Assembly (NCBI GenBank): GCA_964632315.1
Contig: CAZWEM010000044.1
Location: 1 to 41,750, forward strand
Length of the DNA: 41,750 nucleotides
Direction: 5' to 3'
Source: an uncultured archaeon
Lineage (GTDB): Archaea > Asgardarchaeota > Lokiarchaeia > Sigyniarchaeales > SOKP01
Positions within the stretch are counted from its first letter, which is position 1. Every line of letters begins with the position of its first letter. The notes below the pieces were generated by a model that did not search any database, was not told where the DNA came from, and worked only from the letters and a program-made list of their open reading frames with translations. Positions 38,610 to 41,750 of the stretch are shown here, piece after piece. The translations under genes were made by a program, and so were the position numbers.

Positions 38610-39306
38610 AATGAAAAAAGTGTATCATTATTATGAAAAAGCAAAAGCATTGGAAGAAATAAATTTAAAAATTGAAAAAGGTTCTCTTGATGCAGTAATT
38701 GGACCCAATGGTGCAGGAAAGACAACATTATTAAGGGTTATATCAGGATTAGAAGAACCCGATCGAGGAAAAATTGAGTTTTTAGGTGAACGGATTGATG
38801 AAATGAGCCCTCATAAAATAGCTAAACGAGGAATTGCTCATTGTCCAGAGCGGAGAAGACTATTTTATGATATGACCGTGATGGAAAATCTTGATTTAGG
38901 GGCTTATTCATTAAAAGATAAACATAAGATGGATGAACTCTTAGAATTTGTGTTTGATATTTTCCCAAGGTTGAAAGAACGTAAAAAGCAAAGAGCGGGA
39001 ACGTTAAGTGGTGGGGAACAACAGATGTTAGCAATTGCTCGAGCAATCATGGCAAATCCCAAATTACTGCTCTTAGACGAGCCCTCATTAGGGTTAGCTC
39101 CTAAAATAAAAGATAAGATCTTTGAGGCTATTGAAAAGATAAAGCAAGAGGGTACTACAACATTATTAGTTGAACAAGATGCTCATCTTGCAATGGAAGT
39201 GGGAGAAACTATTTACTTACTTGAGGAAGGAAAAATAGAAATGAGGGGTACCAAAGAACAACTCATGAGGGAACCACGAATTAAAAAAGTATATTTAGGG
39301 ATATAG
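38593..39306 (+). CDS. livF: Liv-type ABC transporter ATP-binding protein
   Basis: GPNGAGKTT, PE.RR.F, FPRL.ER..Q.AGTLSGGEQQMLA, DEPSLGLAP and LVEQ motifs. Confidence 0.93.
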   Translation: MKDLLEMKKVYHYYEKAKALEEINLKIEKGSLDAVIGPNGAGKTTLLRVISGLEEPDRGKIEFLGERIDEMSPHKIAKRGIAHCPERRRLFYDMTVMENLDLGAYSLKDKHKMDELLEFVFDIFPRLKERKKQRAGTLSGGEQQMLAIARAIMANPKLLLLDEPSLGLAPKIKDKIFEAIEKIKQEGTTTLLVEQDAHLAMEVGETIYLLEEGKIEMRGTKEQLMREPRIKKVYLGI

Positions 39307-39316
39307 GTGATATAAA

Positions 39317-40663
39317 ATGTCAGCTCCATTAGAACAGTTACTTAGAGACGCAAGAATTGATCTTATATTAGCTCGAATAGAAAAGAATGATTCAGTAATT
39401 GATGAGGTTATTGAAAATGTTGACAGTGACATTAGATCTATTAGATTTAACTCTATATTAGTATTAGGTGAAATCGGAGAAAAAGCTGGACAAAAAGCAG
39501 CCAATAAAGTTTCATACTATTTAAATGATGAAGATTGGAGTATTAGGCGTGAAGCTGTTAGAACATTAGGAAAAATTGGCAAATTAGCAGAAAATGCTGT
39601 AGATAATTTAGTTCAGCTAATAGAAGATCCAGAAAGATCGATAAGAACAGCTGTTACATCTTGTTTAGGGAAAGTTGGACAATCTTCTTCCGAAGCTCTA
39701 AACTGTTTAAGAGTTGCACTTACTGATAAGGATGAAGAAGTAAGGGCTGAAGCTGCTACTTCATTAGGGTTATTAGGATCTGAGGCTTACGAAGCAATTC
39801 CAGATCTTATGGAGGGATTGAAAGATCCTAATTGGATAGTTAGAACTGCTTCAGCGAAATCTATTAGTGAAATTGGTAGAGGAAGCATTAAAACGATCCC
39901 AACCTTAATTTATGCTCTCGGTGACAGGGATTGGAGAGTAAGATATCGTGTTGTAAATACTTTAGCTCAGATAGGGGAGCCTACTATATCAAGTCTCCTA
40001 GAAGTATTAGAAAGTAAAGATAGTATCGTAAGAAAAGAGGCTATTGAAGCATTAGGTGAAATAAAATTAGCTAAGCCAGAAGTTATAAATGCAATCGCTC
40101 AAAGACTTTTTGATAAAAATGAAGCAGTTAGAGGAAAAGCAGCTGATTCCCTAAGAAGTATCGGAAAGCAATCTGTCCCCGCTTTATTATCTGCACTTGA
40201 AAATGCTAAAAATAGTATAGCGGCAGTCATTATCTCTGCATTAGGAGGTATTGGAGAGGAATCAAGAGAAGCAATTCCTTATCTAGTTTCTTTGATTGAG
40301 AATAAACCAAAGAAAGTGAGAGTAGAAATAGCAAGAACACTAGGTAAGATTGGGTTTGATTCAAATCAAGCTGTCGAGGGCCTTATAATGCTTCTAAATG
40401 ATAAAAAACCCCGATTACGTAGGGAGGCAGCACTTTCACTTGGAAAATTAGGTTCAATAGCAGAAGCAGCTATTTCAGAATTATTGATTACATTAGAAGA
40501 TAATAATCCCGATGTAAGATGGCGTGCAACAGAAGCTTTAGGGAATATAGGAATCAATAAGCCCGAAATCATTTCAAGCTTAAAAACAATGATCAAGGAT
40601 GAATGTGATTATGTTTGCGAATCTGCTGATAATGCCATCGATAAAATTGTCGGGGAATATTAA
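39317..40663 (+). CDS. HEAT/PBS-lyase repeat protein
   Basis: About 13 repeats of L.D....VR..A...LG.IG; GGTGA ribosome-binding site. Confidence 0.92.
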   Translation: MSAPLEQLLRDARIDLILARIEKNDSVIDEVIENVDSDIRSIRFNSILVLGEIGEKAGQKAANKVSYYLNDEDWSIRREAVRTLGKIGKLAENAVDNLVQLIEDPERSIRTAVTSCLGKVGQSSSEALNCLRVALTDKDEEVRAEAATSLGLLGSEAYEAIPDLMEGLKDPNWIVRTASAKSISEIGRGSIKTIPTLIYALGDRDWRVRYRVVNTLAQIGEPTISSLLEVLESKDSIVRKEAIEALGEIKLAKPEVINAIAQRLFDKNEAVRGKAADSLRSIGKQSVPALLSALENAKNSIAAVIISALGGIGEESREAIPYLVSLIENKPKKVRVEIARTLGKIGFDSNQAVEGLIMLLNDKKPRLRREAALSLGKLGSIAEAAISELLITLEDNNPDVRWRATEALGNIGINKPEIISSLKTMIKDECDYVCESADNAIDKIVGEY

Positions 40664-40741
40664 ATTCCATTTTAAAATTTATCCTAAACTAAAAATATTA
40701 AGAATAATTAATAAAAAATTAAAAGATTAGGTTAGCAAAAT

Positions 40742-41750
40742 ATGTCAGAAGATCCATACGCAACCAAACCATGGTTGAAAAATTATGATCCAAAGGTACC
40801 ACCGAGCATTGATTATCCAAAGATTAACATTTATGAATTTCTTGATAATTCTGCCGACGATTTTGGGAGTAGAACTGCAATTTGGTTTATGAAAAACAAG
40901 ATATCGTATAAAAAGTTGAAAGAATTATCAGAACGATTAGCGACTGCACTTGTCGACCTAGGGGTTAAAAAGGGAGATGTAGTTGCAATTATGATTCCCA
41001 ATTTCCCACAATTTATCATCAGTTATTATGGAATATTGAAAGCTGGTGCTATCGTGACTGCTTGTAGTGTATTGCACACTGAACACGAATTAGCTTATCA
41101 AGTAAACGATGCTGGTGCGGAAATACTAATCGCTTGGGATAACCAAATTGAAAAAATCCAAAAAATTCAGGACAGAACTAGATTAAGACACGTTATTATC
41201 ACTAATGTGTTCGATTATTCACCAATGGCACCACGCAATCCTCCAGAGATCTCTGGAACAAAACAATTTCTAAATTTAGTGAACAATACAAAGCCAAATC
41301 CACCTAAATTTGAAACAGATGTCAATAGTGTTGCTTGTCTTCAATATACTGGTGGAACTACGGGTCTTCCTAAAGGAGCGATGCTTACCCACCGCAATAT
41401 AGTATCAAACTGCATAGCTGTAGGTACATGGGCTGGTGATGAATTTAGAAGAGGTAAGGAGACAATTCTAACAAACTTACCATTATTTCATATCTATGGC
41501 CAAACAGTTTGCATGAATCTCCACATCTATATGGGATCTACAATTGCTTTAAACCCAGATCCACGCGATCAGAAATCATTGTTTGAAATGATAAAACAAA
41601 CCAGTCCTACCATGTTCCCAGGAGTTCCAACAATGTACATGAGACTTCTTGAAAGAGATGATCTCGAGGATTATGCTAAGGATATGAGATCAATACGAGT
41701 TTGCAATACAGGCGCAGCTGCTATGCCTCCTGAAGTTTTAAAAGAATTTG
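40742..41750 (+). CDS. fadD: Long-chain acyl-CoA synthetase / AMP-binding enzyme (3'-partial)
   Basis: Not in the ORF track because it runs off the window. MSEDPYATKPWLKNYD..., AMP-binding motif LQYTGGTTGLPKGAMLTHRN, LPLFHIYG and FPGVPTMY. Confidence 0.9.
   Translation, partial: MSEDPYATKPWLKNYDPKVPPSIDYPKINIYEFLDNSADDFGSRTAIWFMKNKISYKKLKELSERLATALVDLGVKKGDVVAIMIPNFPQFIISYYGILKAGAIVTACSVLHTEHELAYQVNDAGAEILIAWDNQIEKIQKIQDRTRLRHVIITNVFDYSPMAPRNPPEISGTKQFLNLVNNTKPNPPKFETDVNSVACLQYTGGTTGLPKGAMLTHRNIVSNCIAVGTWAGDEFRRGKETILTNLPLFHIYGQTVCMNLHIYMGSTIALNPDPRDQKSLFEMIKQTSPTMFPGVPTMYMRLLERDDLEDYAKDMRSIRVCNTGAAAMPPEVLKEF

Noticed and set aside
2884-41019. Numerous short antisense or overlapping ORFs in the track (e.g. 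4165..4476, 21456..21893, 29635..30009, 32414..32734, 40831..41019)
   Set aside because: They overlap well-supported genes on the opposite strand or in another frame and show no motifs.

Overview
AT-rich (~30% GC by eye), gene-dense prokaryotic DNA. The gene repertoire and style (SAMP/MoaD protein, archaeal-type ThyA, small GTPase, Smc5/6-like SMC with kleisin and KITE, GGTGA ribosome-binding sites, oligo-T terminators) suggest an archaeon, probably an Asgard (Lokiarchaeia-like) lineage; this assignment is inference. The main finding is in the first 1.9 kb. Two convergent paralogous SCP2 (sterol-carrier/lipid-transfer) genes are each interrupted by two 29-30 nt insertions. Each insertion carries an in-frame stop and folds with the flanking exons into a bulge-helix-bulge (BHB)-like structure. 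Cutting at the canonical BHB positions restores the reading frame exactly, so these look like tRNA-endonuclease-type introns in mRNA. For the first intron, each paralog is the intron-less control for the other. The second notable locus (28.1-33.0 kb) is an arsR/acr3 cluster encoding a SAM-methyltransferase fused to an HgcA-like corrinoid protein, an HgcB-like ferredoxin and small Cys-rich proteins. The rest is housekeeping and metabolic: U32, HtpX, CoA-transferase-GNAT, MutY-like, radical SAM, TatD, ThyA, two polyprenol kinases, Maf, RimK-like, an SMC operon with a degenerate AAA+ gene, a Liv-type ABC transporter, a HEAT-repeat protein and a partial acyl-CoA ligase. I saw no rRNA, tRNA, CRISPR array or transposase. 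All family calls are by motif recognition, with no database search.
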